From Toensbergia leucococca (lineage: Eukaryota): a stretch of DNA of 64,000 nt. The stretch covers positions 1 to 64,000 of the forward strand of contig JALDZS010000028.1 in NCBI GenBank assembly GCA_022813965.1, given 5' to 3'. Positions 1-10,859 of the stretch are shown here, piece by piece (position 1 is the first letter of the stretch; every line of letters starts with the position of its first letter). The notes beneath the pieces are model-generated. The model saw only the letters and a program-made list of their open reading frames with translations. It was not told the origin of the DNA and did no database searches. Both the position numbers and the translations under genes were made by a program.

Positions 1-2353
1 CATTGATGAGGAGCGTTTACTGAAAGCGATGAGGACAAGAGAGCATCTTTTGTCCGACGAGGAGAAATCCAGGAATGACTTTGGGGTGACATTGAAATTC
101 ACATACTCTCCAGATGTGGAGTTTACATACCCTTCTTCCATGGTCGGCATCTTTCCAGATCTTCCGCACTGTCACTGCACAGAAAACATTTTTGATCTTC
201 CTACAATGGATGGATTGGATATATACGTTGGATTGATGGATGGAGTGAAGCTGGGAGAGTCTGCGCTTGCCGGATTCCCCAGCTTGAAAACTTTGACACA
301 CACGGGTGGCCTCGGCTTTCATGGGGTTAACGTCTTCCAGCAAGACAGCAGAAACGAGAGCATGGTCGTTACGATGCTTGATACAGAAAATCGCACGAAA
401 GCCGAGCAGGTCAAGATTCAGCTCGGTCGAAAGGTCTATGTTGGCTATCCCTTTCTGTCCGAGGCCAAGGTCATCCGAGTCTCGGATGAGTTGTTCGACT
501 ACATTCTGCCTCCAAATGATGCCGGACCACCTATGGCCGTGCCGCATGGTCCACAAGAAATTGATATGTGGCGTAAGAAAGCAGAGCGGATCGAAGCCGT
601 CTACAGTAAAAGACTTGGGATAATCATTGGACAGGTTGAGTCTCTAGTCCATGTGGACATGCTCAAAGGACTAAAAAAGACTGATAATGGGGCTACGATA
701 AAGGAATATGCACATATCCCGGGAATTGAAGTCGACTATGCTTCGCAGATGATTGTAGAAGAGGTCATTAGTGAGGACCAACGATTCTTAGAAAAGGCGG
801 CTTTACCAATCGAAGAAGAATTTCCAGAAGGTGCAAGAGCATTTTTCCTTGGAGAGTTCAATTATGGGCGGCCCCTCGAAATCCTACGTCACGTTGCGAA
901 CAAAGTCGAGATATGGATTTCCATAGTAAGTAGTAAAGAATCAGACTTTGGTCGTGAGATCTCGCAAAGTGCTGAACGCGCCTCGCCATATACGCCATCA
1001 TTCGCAGTTGCGAAGAAACTAGGACTGAATCCTTTGGTCCTTAGTAAACTCACCTCCGCATTTCAAGTCAATGTTGATGACAGCCGCGTCAACTTGGGCC
1101 TCAATCTGAAGTTCGAGGCCAAGAAATTGAAAGTCCTTGGCTACTCTCGTCGTGGCCCGACAGGCTGGGAATTCAGCGAGAAGGCTATCCAACTTATCCA
1201 GCAATATATGATCAGCTTCCCAGAATTCATTGCAGGTGTCCAGCGGAACTCTCAGGGTAACATCTACAATGCTACTGATTTTTATGCTGAAGGAGAGGCC
1301 AAGGCAAAGATCAAGGAGATTCAATCATGGCTAAAAGTGGTCGAGTCGAAGAACTTCGAAAAGGTGCCCCTTGAAGCATTGCAACTAGATTCGGACGCTG
1401 TCAAGAAAATAGAAAAAGCTGCAGACAATGCTGTACAGAACGGTCCATCTGTGGAGGGCAAAAAGATTAAGGGTGTGCCCCGAAACGCTTTACTCAAACC
1501 CTCGGACGCCGAGCATCGGCTTGGTCATCAACATTTCTCCCTTGGAGACCGAGTCGTTTACGTACAAGATTCAGGAAGGGTGCCTATTGCGACTCGTGGA
1601 ACAGTTGTCGGACTGACACGGACTTCTAGAACAACGCTTCTTGATGTGGTTTTTGATATTCCGTTCATGAGTGGCTCGTCCTTAGGAGAACGGTGCTCGC
1701 CATTTCGAGGGTCGACTGTGCCGATAGAGTCAGTATTGAATATCTCGGATCGGCAAAACGTTGCCGGTTCCCGCGCTGCCGTGGATCACCGACCACCGCA
1801 GCAAGCACAGTCTTTGACTGTGAGCGGCTATGGTGCACCGCTAGGACCAAATGGCCAAGGGCAACTAATCCCAGCCTATGCCCCGCCACCGCTTCGGGGC
1901 TCTTTTCGTGGGGCACTTGGCGGACACCAGAATGGAGCACGTGGTGGCATGTTTAGGGGCAGAGGAGGGTTAGAACTCGATAGAACGCAAAATGGTCATC
2001 AACAAAGTTTTTCAATTCACAATCAGCCGCCAACACAGACCGACGGCTTTAAAGGGAGAAGTAGTCATAGTAATGGACTAAACGACCGTGGACGGGGAAG
2101 CACAGATGCCCAGCAACTTACTAAAAGTGGGCATGGAGTCATAGACCGGGGTGTCGCGGAGGAAGGGCTGCTCAGAACTAATCCTGAATTCCGACCACAA
2201 TCTTACTCAAGTGTCCCCCCACCAGCGAGCCTTGACTTCAGAGGCCGCGGCCGCACAGGAGGCGGATACCGAGGTGGACCACCACGGGGTGATGGATTCA
2301 GAGGTAGAGGATATCCCAGGGGTCGGGGAGAGGCAGCAACACAGCAACAATAA
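1..2353 (+). CDS. XRN1: 5'-3' exoribonuclease 1, C-terminal part (gene starts before the window)
   Basis: Frame open from base 2 (IDEERLLKAM...). Xrn1-type motifs GFPSLKTL, NLGLNLKFEAKKLKVLGYSRR, LGDRVVYVQDSGRVP; RGG-rich tail. Confidence 0.93.
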   Translation, partial: IDEERLLKAMRTREHLLSDEEKSRNDFGVTLKFTYSPDVEFTYPSSMVGIFPDLPHCHCTENIFDLPTMDGLDIYVGLMDGVKLGESALAGFPSLKTLTHTGGLGFHGVNVFQQDSRNESMVVTMLDTENRTKAEQVKIQLGRKVYVGYPFLSEAKVIRVSDELFDYILPPNDAGPPMAVPHGPQEIDMWRKKAERIEAVYSKRLGIIIGQVESLVHVDMLKGLKKTDNGATIKEYAHIPGIEVDYASQMIVEEVISEDQRFLEKAALPIEEEFPEGARAFFLGEFNYGRPLEILRHVANKVEIWISIVSSKESDFGREISQSAERASPYTPSFAVAKKLGLNPLVLSKLTSAFQVNVDDSRVNLGLNLKFEAKKLKVLGYSRRGPTGWEFSEKAIQLIQQYMISFPEFIAGVQRNSQGNIYNATDFYAEGEAKAKIKEIQSWLKVVESKNFEKVPLEALQLDSDAVKKIEKAADNAVQNGPSVEGKKIKGVPRNALLKPSDAEHRLGHQHFSLGDRVVYVQDSGRVPIATRGTVVGLTRTSRTTLLDVVFDIPFMSGSSLGERCSPFRGSTVPIESVLNISDRQNVAGSRAAVDHRPPQQAQSLTVSGYGAPLGPNGQGQLIPAYAPPPLRGSFRGALGGHQNGARGGMFRGRGGLELDRTQNGHQQSFSIHNQPPTQTDGFKGRSSHSNGLNDRGRGSTDAQQLTKSGHGVIDRGVAEEGLLRTNPEFRPQSYSSVPPPASLDFRGRGRTGGGYRGGPPRGDGFRGRGYPRGRGEAATQQQ

Positions 2354-3588
2354 AGATCCGACAGGGTTGTAAAAGACGCCGGGCGTTGGTCTGTTGGCAA
2401 ATGCTAGAGGCTAGGAAGGACGAGACTACGAAGCCTACTTGCATCCGATGGCGTTTCTGACTCGAGGATTAATGTACATAGAGCAATCCATCGATGGGTA
2501 CAAGTAGCATATTGAGAAGTATTATTCTGTGATTCTATTACAATTGTTGGCATCGCATCTTCCATTGTTCCACTAATAAACCAAAGAGAGGATTGAAATA
2601 CAGTCATGATCGAACGGGTGAAGCTGTGAGTTCGCTCTGGTTGTGAAGAGGCATTGTCAGAGGATTTAAACTGCATCAAGAGACACCCAAGACCGACCTT
2701 CTCTCCCGACGGTCTACTGATCAATCCAACCCGGATCTATCAACCCTTGTAAATACCCTCTCATACAAAGATCGATAGCTAGAGATCTGTTGCTGCAGAT
2801 CCAGAGGTAAGCTATCTGCACGCGGACTGCCAGGCTTCGAGAAACCCTAGGCAGGAAGTCATGCCACAATCCATAAAGAGTTTAGCTAGATGAATAATTG
2901 ACTCCTCAACTCATCTAAACTCACCCACGATGCCCTCAACACTGAGAAATTCGTTTCAAAAGTCCACTCGACCCAAGCAACAACGGGAGATCAGCATTTG
3001 CTGTGGATGCGGCGGCTCATCTCAACTCATCTATCGAAGCTGCCGGCAATTTGCGTGCATGGCATGCCATAGGAATAGTGCCTTTGTTTCGAGCATTGAG
3101 AGGAAAAGGGACTCCTCAATGGCAACTTATGCTGATACCATTCGCTAGATGTTCTATAATATGATTGCAAAGGACCTTTTCAACAGGCAGTATCATCAAG
3201 GTTAGATTTCACGGGCTTTGACGTAGTTTCTTTCCGGAGGCCTTCAATCAGCTGCTCCATGAATGAAAGTAGAATAACAGAATCTCATTAGAATCTCAAT
3301 TCCTTGTATGAAGGCTCTGATATGAGAACGTAGATTTTCGACTCTTAAACACTATGCAGCTTGGAAGTGCATTATATTGCTCCGCAAGAGTCCGGGTAGT
3401 ATCTGTGTACAGACTTTCCATCAAATGCGAAGACTTTACGTAGTACGCAGGAGGCAGGTACTCCATCTTGAAGTTCCAACGGCTGGTGGTTATTCATAAA
3501 GGGATAGGGCTGAACGAGACGACCACGTTTCCTCGCTCCGCAATCCCGGCTTTCAAGCCTAGAAGCACTTGTAACGACCCAAGGCAAG

Positions 3589-4472
3589 ATGCACTCATCG
3601 CTCGTGCGAGTACAAAATGTCTTTGGCTTCTTCACAACAGTTTCATTCTTTGTAGCCGCCCTAGTAGCCCTGTCGGTGCTAGTCTCACCTCAAGACCCAT
3701 CCGCAAGCATTGAATTGAGAAATGTACAAGTGTAAGTCATTACTCTGACATCTTGATAGAGCCTTTAAGCTACTCATACTGTTCCTCGCAGTGTAAAAGG
3801 TCGCCCACACTATGATTCCTTTAAAAGGGAAGAATTCGCACACATCAGGTTTGACCTTGACGCCGGTTAGATTCCCCTTCCCTCTGCTCCTTTTTCAAGA
3901 CTAACCTACTTATTTACCCATACGCAGATTTCTCCTCCCTCTTCAATTGGAATACCAAGCAACTCTTTGTCTACATACTTGCTACCTACCCTTCCACTTC
4001 GCCATCAAGTCCCCACTCCCAAGCTATCATCTGGGACACAATCATCCCCTCCCACAGCCAAAAATACCCCAGCGATCCCCTCTGGCTTTTTCGCTCAACT
4101 CCCACTCTCCCCAAAAACAAATTCCCCAAAACAAAACAGTCGGCGCCGCCCACACGCCGAAGAAACGAGACGAAACCCGGCATCATTCATCTCTCCAATT
4201 CGAAACCGAAGTACCAGATTAACGATATCAGTGGCAAGTTAGCGGAAAGGGGAAACGTGACGCTGGAGGTGGGCTGGAATGTGCAGCCCTGGGTAGGCGC
4301 ATTGACGTGGACTATGTGGGAGGGTCATGGGTGGGGGAGGTGGAAGGGGGTGAAGGGAGGTAGGAGTAAGATTTTTGAGATGCCAGCGTTGAAGGGAAAA
4401 GTTTCAGAAAAGACAGTGGTGTCGGGGGAGGGGAAACCAGATGCTGCGGGGGCGAAGCCAGTGCTAAGATAG
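3589..4472 (+). CDS. SPC3: Signal peptidase complex subunit Spc3/SPC22 (3 exons; only fragments appear in the ORF track)
   Basis: Manual splice: MHSSLVRVQNVFGFFTTV...ELRNVQV | intron 3732-3791 | VKGRPHY...IRFDLDA | intron about 3866-3928 | DFSSLFNWNTKQLFVY...IIWDTII...KPKYQINDISGKL...VTLEVGWNVQPWVGAL. Confidence 0.92.
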
Positions 4473-4588
4473 GGTAGCATTGTACAGTGGAGAAAGGTAC
4501 CATCCCAGGAAAGTTTGGTCCACATTCAAATCTGCCTTCCAGGCTCTGATGCATTTAATCTTGCTCCTCTTAAGACAAAGAAGGTGCC

Positions 4589-4766
4589 TCAAAAAGCTAT
4601 GAAGTAGCGGCCCTTGGTCAATAGCTATCAATTTCTAGAAGCAGGATCTCATCTTGTCAAGGTCGTTCACTTGAGAAACACGACCTCGACAGAGCGCTGG
4701 CAATTGACGCACGTCTCTTATAATAGAGGATTGGTAGCCCTTCGCTGATTCCGCAATGGTGGTCAT
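4589..4766 (-). CDS. Putative spliced micropeptide (MTTIAESAKGYQSSIIRD/GRYFIAF, 25 aa) or non-coding host transcript
   Basis: ATG at 4766; GTGCGT donor at 4712; AAG acceptor at 4613; in-frame TGA at 4589; an upstream GTATGT...ACAG intron at 4893-4784. Confidence 0.35.
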
Positions 4767-5000
4767 CGACGCAAGGATGATTGCTGTTTGCATAGCAACT
4801 CACAACCCCCATAAAAAAACGAGAAATTGAGCAATGTCGAACCTCTTTTGAGTACATTCAATCAAGCCTCAAAAAAACCTCAAACTCACATACTGACAGT
4901 CTAATACTCATACACACTCTCGTTAGAAGAGTAGGTATGAAGAGTCTCAGCAAGCTCGCAAGGTTCTCGAGCCTCACTCCCGGTAAACAAGCGAAGCCCT

Positions 5001-5016
5001 TTATCGATAACCCTAA
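5001..5016. promoter_or_regulatory. Palindrome TTATCGATAA overlapping telo-box TAACCCTAA in the promoter region upstream of NPY1
   Basis: Seen directly at 5001-5016; TTATTGATAA variants occur at 19816 and 37047 in other promoter regions. Confidence 0.4.
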
Positions 5017-5149
5017 ATCTCCCAGGCCGGGCAGGATCAATGACGTCGTGACCGACAGACTTCGAGGAGAGAAATCCTCACTTCATCTCAATCCCTCGCC
5101 GCCATAAACAAAAAAAACTCCCTAACCAAAGACCGACCGTGAATTTCTC

Positions 5150-5169
5150 CTCTCTCTCTCTCTCTCTCT
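5150..5169. repeat. (CT)n microsatellite upstream of the NPY1 start
   Basis: About 10 CT units seen directly. Confidence 0.9.
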
Positions 5170-5200
5170 GCTCACAGCGCTCCAGCATTTGGATGCGGCA

Positions 5201-6529
5201 ATGCCACATCCCGAACTCCCCGAACCAGCCCATGCGGAGCATGACTCGATGTTGACCCGCAAATTCGGCAAAGAGGTCGCCAATTACTTCTCCGGTACGT
5301 TATCTGCCCCGGCCGCCCCCCCCTTGAATTCTTCAAAGTGCAGTCATATCTCTGAACACCTTCCCATCATCCTAGGTTCGCCGCTGAACCGCGTTTCCTT
5401 CCTGCGCACCAATCACTCGTTTCTCTCTGCAGCGTTAAAGCACCCTTCGACCTCCTTTCTGCTATTCAATAACCTTTCACCTTTGGCCAAAGACCCCACC
5501 AAGCTGGAATATCTATCTTATCAAGACGTCAAACCTCTCATCGGCGAAGATCCATACACCAAGTCAGAGGAGCAATTGATAGCCGAATACAACTCAACAG
5601 TGACAATACCACAACTGTTATTTCTCGGGTTGGACGAACGGCATAGCAAAGGCTTGGAATGGAGTATATACAAAGGCTGCCCCTACTTTGCAATAGACGT
5701 CACACCCAAGGGCTCAACTGAAAAGGGAGCAAATAGTCTAATTCGAGCGGTAGAAGCCCGCGGTCTGGCCTTTATACAAGGAAGAATGCACACCTCCCTC
5801 TCCGCCCCCGAAGCCGCCATTTACGCGCAAGCCCGTGCCCTCCTCGACTGGAACGCTCGCAATCCCTTCTGCGGTCAGTGCGGTCAGCCCACTTTCTCCA
5901 TCAACGCCGGCACTAAACGCACCTGTCCCCCCAAGGACATGGCTTCTCTCACTACTTCCATCGGCTCCACTGAATCCTCCACACCCACAGAACGCCCTCC
6001 ATGTGCTACTCGACATGGCATTTCCAACCTGTCCTTCCCCCGCACAGATCCCACCGTCATTATGGCGGTTGTATCTTCGGATTCCCGCCGCGTCCTCTTG
6101 GGTCGCCAAAAGCGCTGGCCCCCATATTGGTACTCCACCCTGGCCGGCTTCGTCGAACCGGCCGAAAGCGTCGAGGAAGCAGTCCGCCGAGAGGTATGGG
6201 AAGAGTCTGGCGTTACTCCCGGCCGCGTTGTAATCCATTCGACGCAGCCATGGCCATACCCAGCTAATCTAATGATTGGGGCCATTGCGCAGACGATTCC
6301 AGGGGGAGAAGAGATTGTGCTGAAGCATGATCCAGAACTGGAGGATGCAAAATGGGTTGATTTCGAGGAGGTCAAGGAGGCTTTGAGAGTGGGGACGAGC
6401 GGGTTAGGGGAAGATGCGCCAGAGGGGTACAAGGAAGGGAATTTGAGGTTGCCGGGGAGGACAGCGATTGCGAATCAATTGCTTGTAGCTGTCGTTGGAG
6501 GGTTTTTCGGAGATGGTCCTAAGATGTAG
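5201..6529 (+). CDS. NPY1: NADH pyrophosphatase (Nudix NudC family)
   Basis: Nudix box GFVEPAESVEEAVRREVWEESG; FCGQCG zinc ribbon; FPRTDP; TQPWPYPANLMIG. ATG at 5201; 81-nt intron 5295-5375; PTS1-like C-terminus PKM. Confidence 0.93.
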   Translation: MPHPELPEPAHAEHDSMLTRKFGKEVANYFSGTLSAPAAPPLNSSKCSHISEHLPIILGSPLNRVSFLRTNHSFLSAALKHPSTSFLLFNNLSPLAKDPTKLEYLSYQDVKPLIGEDPYTKSEEQLIAEYNSTVTIPQLLFLGLDERHSKGLEWSIYKGCPYFAIDVTPKGSTEKGANSLIRAVEARGLAFIQGRMHTSLSAPEAAIYAQARALLDWNARNPFCGQCGQPTFSINAGTKRTCPPKDMASLTTSIGSTESSTPTERPPCATRHGISNLSFPRTDPTVIMAVVSSDSRRVLLGRQKRWPPYWYSTLAGFVEPAESVEEAVRREVWEESGVTPGRVVIHSTQPWPYPANLMIGAIAQTIPGGEEIVLKHDPELEDAKWVDFEEVKEALRVGTSGLGEDAPEGYKEGNLRLPGRTAIANQLLVAVVGGFFGDGPKM

Positions 6530-7061
6530 AGCGGAATTGGTAAATAGATCGAGTCATCTATAGATGTTATATACGAGAGGTTTAGAGGACGATGCACCTT
6601 GTCCATACATATGACCTGAACCTCTTGTTTTTGTCATCAGTCTGTAGGAGTTCCGCCTTCTACCATGTTGTCGATGATGCGTAAATGGTAAGTTTGCTAC
6701 CTTCGGATCATGAACGATACCAATCACCTCTCCGCATTAGCATGTGTTCAATCACGCTCAAATCCTCACCTTATCGCTCAGAGATCATCAGCTTGGAAAA
6801 AAAGGCTGTGCAGAATCATGACCGTTTGCCGTAGGATTCAGAAGTCCCAACATGATGCAATGCGGCGAAGGCCTGGATATTTATCAAAGCAAGAGCTGCG
6901 TAGTAATCGTATACTAGAATTGCGTCGTCGTCAAGGAAAGAGCTGAGCGATTGGCTCGACTGAAAGGACTGCCGTGCATAAAGAATAAAATATCGTATTC
7001 CACCTCCGCGCCAGGACTCCAAATTCATATTATTTAATCTCGACGCCATGGATCCCTTCCA

Positions 7062-8339
7062 CTAAGACCAGAACCACCCCTTTTTGCCCTTCTCCTCACG
7101 ACTTGCATCAGCTCCTTTCACATTCGCACCATCGTTTCCGATCAGTGGTACAGCTGGGTTATGAGGATTAGACTGAGATCGAGACTTAATCTCATTGAGA
7201 TGTCCTTGAGACTTATGCACGGTTTCAGTACTCTCCTCGGCGCCGTCCGAAAAACGTTTCTTCAGCAAGACCTTAGTGTGTACGCTTCCATCTGGAAGTA
7301 TTCTACGTTCCGTTGTAGTAAGGGTGGATAGAATGCTTGGCTTCTCCGACTCAACGGCACAGTTGGGGGTGAGCTGGGACGACGGGAGACTTGCTTCAGG
7401 AGACGTACGACCGGTGGTGAAGTCGCTGGATGATGGAGGATACTGAGTACCCAAGAATCGTTCGTACAGGTCCAATTCTGTGACTTCGTCTTCTTTGGTA
7501 TCATTTTTGGGTTGAAGTGTGCCTAGTAGGGAGTTCCATGCAGTTGTTTCTCCGAGGCCTTTTTCAGCATCATCCTTGAACCTTCCGAACATGCCACCTT
7601 TGAGCATTGAGCATATCCATTCGTCACGAGTGCAGTCATCACGTCGTAGGCTGTCATTCCTCATCTTCTGGCCACTTTGCACAGCCATCAGGTCTTCAAA
7701 AGCATCCCTCCATTGTTTACCGTAGAGGGACATTAGCTCGTGCTGCTCGAGTTGCAAGGGCGAGTACGGACTCCTCATGATGTAGCTCAGTGGCAGTACA
7801 ACGGAAAACTCGTTTACGTCAACCCCTGTTTGTGTCAAGGCATCGTCGATAAGAGCGGCAAAGTCTGAGTTCCGGACATCGAGTAGATGGCAAAGTTTAG
7901 GCTTATTCCGTTCTGGAACAAGTTGCCCTGCAGGTCTATATGGACATCTCGGTTGTTTGTGTTCTGTTTGACTGCTGGTCGACTCAGCAAGCATCTTGAG
8001 AGGGTTTTCAGCCATTTCTTGGTCGTCCTCCTCAGCGAGTGCCTTGAGAGCGATGTAGAGAAGACTCGTCTCCTCGTCGGCTTTGCGAGCGTTCCGCAAT
8101 TCTGAGTCTTCGGCCACGTCAGAGTAGTCTTGATTCTCAGCTCGGCGGCGTCTCGCCTCTTCGTCATTTGGGAGCCATGAAGTATTGGATGATGGGAATT
8201 TCAAAGCTGAGGGAAGACCAACAAAGCTTTGCAATACCGAGGACATCTGTTCGTCAGCATAGCGGCGGAAGGCGATGAATGGATTTTCGTTGTCGTTGTT
8301 GGCTGAAGGAGGTTCAGACCCCTTGTTGGGGGACGCCAT
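7062..8339 (-). CDS. Conserved fungal hypothetical protein (425 aa)
   Basis: Single long ORF with motifs typical of a Pezizomycotina family: NPFIAFRRYADEQMSS, SPYSPLQLE, STLTTTERRILPDGSVHTKVLLKKRFSDG, KKGWFWS. Confidence 0.8.
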   Translation of the reverse strand: MASPNKGSEPPSANNDNENPFIAFRRYADEQMSSVLQSFVGLPSALKFPSSNTSWLPNDEEARRRRAENQDYSDVAEDSELRNARKADEETSLLYIALKALAEEDDQEMAENPLKMLAESTSSQTEHKQPRCPYRPAGQLVPERNKPKLCHLLDVRNSDFAALIDDALTQTGVDVNEFSVVLPLSYIMRSPYSPLQLEQHELMSLYGKQWRDAFEDLMAVQSGQKMRNDSLRRDDCTRDEWICSMLKGGMFGRFKDDAEKGLGETTAWNSLLGTLQPKNDTKEDEVTELDLYERFLGTQYPPSSSDFTTGRTSPEASLPSSQLTPNCAVESEKPSILSTLTTTERRILPDGSVHTKVLLKKRFSDGAEESTETVHKSQGHLNEIKSRSQSNPHNPAVPLIGNDGANVKGADASREEKGKKGWFWS

Positions 8340-8689
8340 ATATGAAGTATCGATTATGAAGATTTGCTAGCACATTTGAGTTGTCACTGAACTATCATAG
8401 ATATCATGACTTTTTGAGAGCTGGTGAGAGGTTGGGTGCGAGGTGGCGAGGGCCATGTGATCGAGGGGCTAGCGGCGTGGAACTAAAGTACGAGTACTCG
8501 TACAAAGACGACCTCTTAGAATATCTCTCAAGAATCACTATCATTGCTCTGGTACATAGGGAGTCAAATAATTTTACCGTCTACGAAGATTTCTTTAATA
8601 GTGATACGAGCAGCAACAGCGAGGTTGTTGATACGAGTTTTTAGAACCAGCTTGATTTCTAACAACAGGTGTGAAGACGACCAGCTAGA

Positions 8690-9370
8690 ACAGTCATCTC
8701 GTCTTCCACCACCGGTACCAACGGCCTCCAACCTTTCACCGTACCGGCATCTCACCATACCAAACCTTACAAGGTAGTCTGATTCAGCTTCATAGATACT
8801 TCTTCTCATGCTTCATACTTTGTTTTGCTCCTTCTATGATGGGAAGTCTGCCGATACCACCCCCGGCATGAAACATGCAGGCAATGATACCTCCTTATCT
8901 CAATTATGTTCATGCCTTTATTGCCAGAATCGACGACGTCGCCAAGGCCAAAGACTTTGATTTGGTACGGATGAACCTAGCATTATGCTTGCGAGGTATC
9001 GCTTTGAAATGGTACACCTCTGAGTCAATGGAGGGCGAACAACGTCTTTCAACCTATGAAAATGAGCTCACTAAATCAACAACCCTACTCCTCATAAGGT
9101 CCAAATCATTCCGGTCTATAGGTATGGGAACGATCTTAAAGCAGAAGTACGACATCCATGATGCGGTATAAAACCGTGAGCCAAGAGAGTATGATACGCT
9201 CAGACAATCATTCATGCCGCGAAAGGTGCGAAATTAGATGGCATGGCCAAGCAATTGCTTTTAATTTGAAATGGTTTAGATCTTGAATTCCAAAGGAATC
9301 TCAACAAGTCTACAGCGGAAACCTCGATGAATTCATTCTTGCAAAGCCTTGATAGGCGAAACATCAACAG
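8690..9370 (+). mobile_element. Degenerate retroelement gag-like relic
   Basis: Broken frames FYDGKSAD...VHAFIARIDDVAKAK...VRMNLALCLRGIALKWYTSE...KYDIHDAV*NREPREY...NGLDLEFQR resemble fungal LTR-retrotransposon Gag-like proteins; stops and frameshifts; no pol or LTR seen. Confidence 0.6.
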
Positions 9371-9701
9371 TCCTCGAGTGGGCATACGCCGTCTGGCACC
9401 GACTCAGTGGCCAGAATAGCCATATGAGATCGAGCATCATCCTTTTCGTTGAGTATTAAAATAGGACTCAAATCATAAGATGGATGGAATGATTTATGAA
9501 GCTAGGTAGGCTATCAAGTTCTCAAATCAATACCATACTTCAGATGGGATATCAGTCTAATTACTGAAGTATCATATGCAAAAGAGGGGGAATTTTGAAA
9601 TCAAAAGTGACCGAGACAGTGGAGATAAAACACTCATACCAAATACGAGCCATGAATCGGGCCAAGGAATCGGAACCTGCGACATCGTTACAGGCTTAAT
9701 C

Positions 9702-10454
9702 CTAGGAACATGATTTGATACGCACCTCCTCACATCTTTCTACTAGCCACGCCCTCAGCTGTTCTGCATTATCTTCTTCACTTTCTAGCGCCTCATTAGG
9801 TCCCGGCCTCGTCCAGAGTGGAGCCTCAAACCAAGATGGGAAAAATCCAGAAAATTCCCAGTCCAGTATCGCCGCTATCTTCAAAGTCTTGGGATCCACA
9901 ATGATGTTGTGTTGACCCAGATCATTGTGACAGAAAGCATGTTCCTCATCCTCATCCTTTATAGTTTCTGCTTTCAATCTCCAGATTCAGGGAAGCGTCC
10001 CGGCTGCGCACGCACGATACGGCGGACAGAGTAGCGATCTCCCCGGTATACCGGGGGTTTTGGATCGTAATGAACGTAGCGCTGCCACATGTTGCTCAAT
10101 CTCCCTTATGACAATGGCTTTGTCCTGTGATGGTAGCTCAGCCAGACTCACACCTTCGACATAGTCAGTCATGAAGTAAAAGGCGCCGTCATCGATGAAA
10201 GTGCCGCGTAAAGTGGGCAGTGGAAGTTTAGTATGCACGCTCAGATATCTAAGGCTTGCCGCCTTGTTCTCCCATCGAGCCTGGTAAGAAGTGGGTGGGA
10301 TAATCAAGATGCCGTCACCAATTGTCGACCATTCAGATCGCCGGAGAGTGCGCTTCATAAATATCTTGTTTTCGATATTGAAGTATTTTTTACCAGCTAT
10401 TGTAGCAAAGCAAGCTGGATCTCTTTCCTCGTCCAATTTTTGATTTGAGGCCAT
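9702..10454 (-). pseudogene. Aminoglycoside phosphotransferase/choline kinase-like protein with one in-frame TGA
   Basis: ORFs 9987-10628 and 9702-9977 share a frame (...GTLP*IWRLKAE...). Kinase motifs FMTDYVEGVSL, FCHNDLGQHNIIVD and IAAILDWEFSGFFP. Confidence 0.75.
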
Positions 10455-10859
10455 TTTGGGGGTCTGGTTGGTTGTTGAGTGAGAATGATATAATCGAAGA
10501 GTTAGGCGCCATTGAAATAGGTACCTTAACTGCTTACAAGGTCCACGTGCTAAGCAGTTACTCTGGGTGGAAGGATGAAAACGAACCGAGACAAATGTTC
10601 GAGTAAGGCGGGTATATAGGGTTATCAATGGGCTCTGGTGTAAAAGCTGTAAACATTATTAAAACAATCACCTGCCGATATGATCGAAAAGCTACCCGAA
10701 CGAAAAACCACGAGCACCAGAGTGCAATTTTCTTGACTTTGACACTTTGGTAGCACCGATCAGCCTTCCTGAAAATCTTGGCGATTCCAATCCCTCCACC
10801 AGTACACAGCGACCGATCAACTGATCAGGAAAATACTTCAGTCTGCACCACAACAACAA

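Noticed and set aside
5008..5016. TAACCCTAA as a telomerase RNA template or telomere
   Set aside because: Single copy in a short promoter with no room for a long RNA; better read as a telo-box.
6660..7050. Intron-like GTAAGT...TAG and short ORFs between NPY1 and the 425-aa gene
   Set aside because: No coherent spliced ORF or recognisable motif could be built.
9987..9989. Selenocysteine codon
   Set aside because: Dikarya are not known to have Sec machinery, the position is not a catalytic Cys, and no SECIS was recognised.
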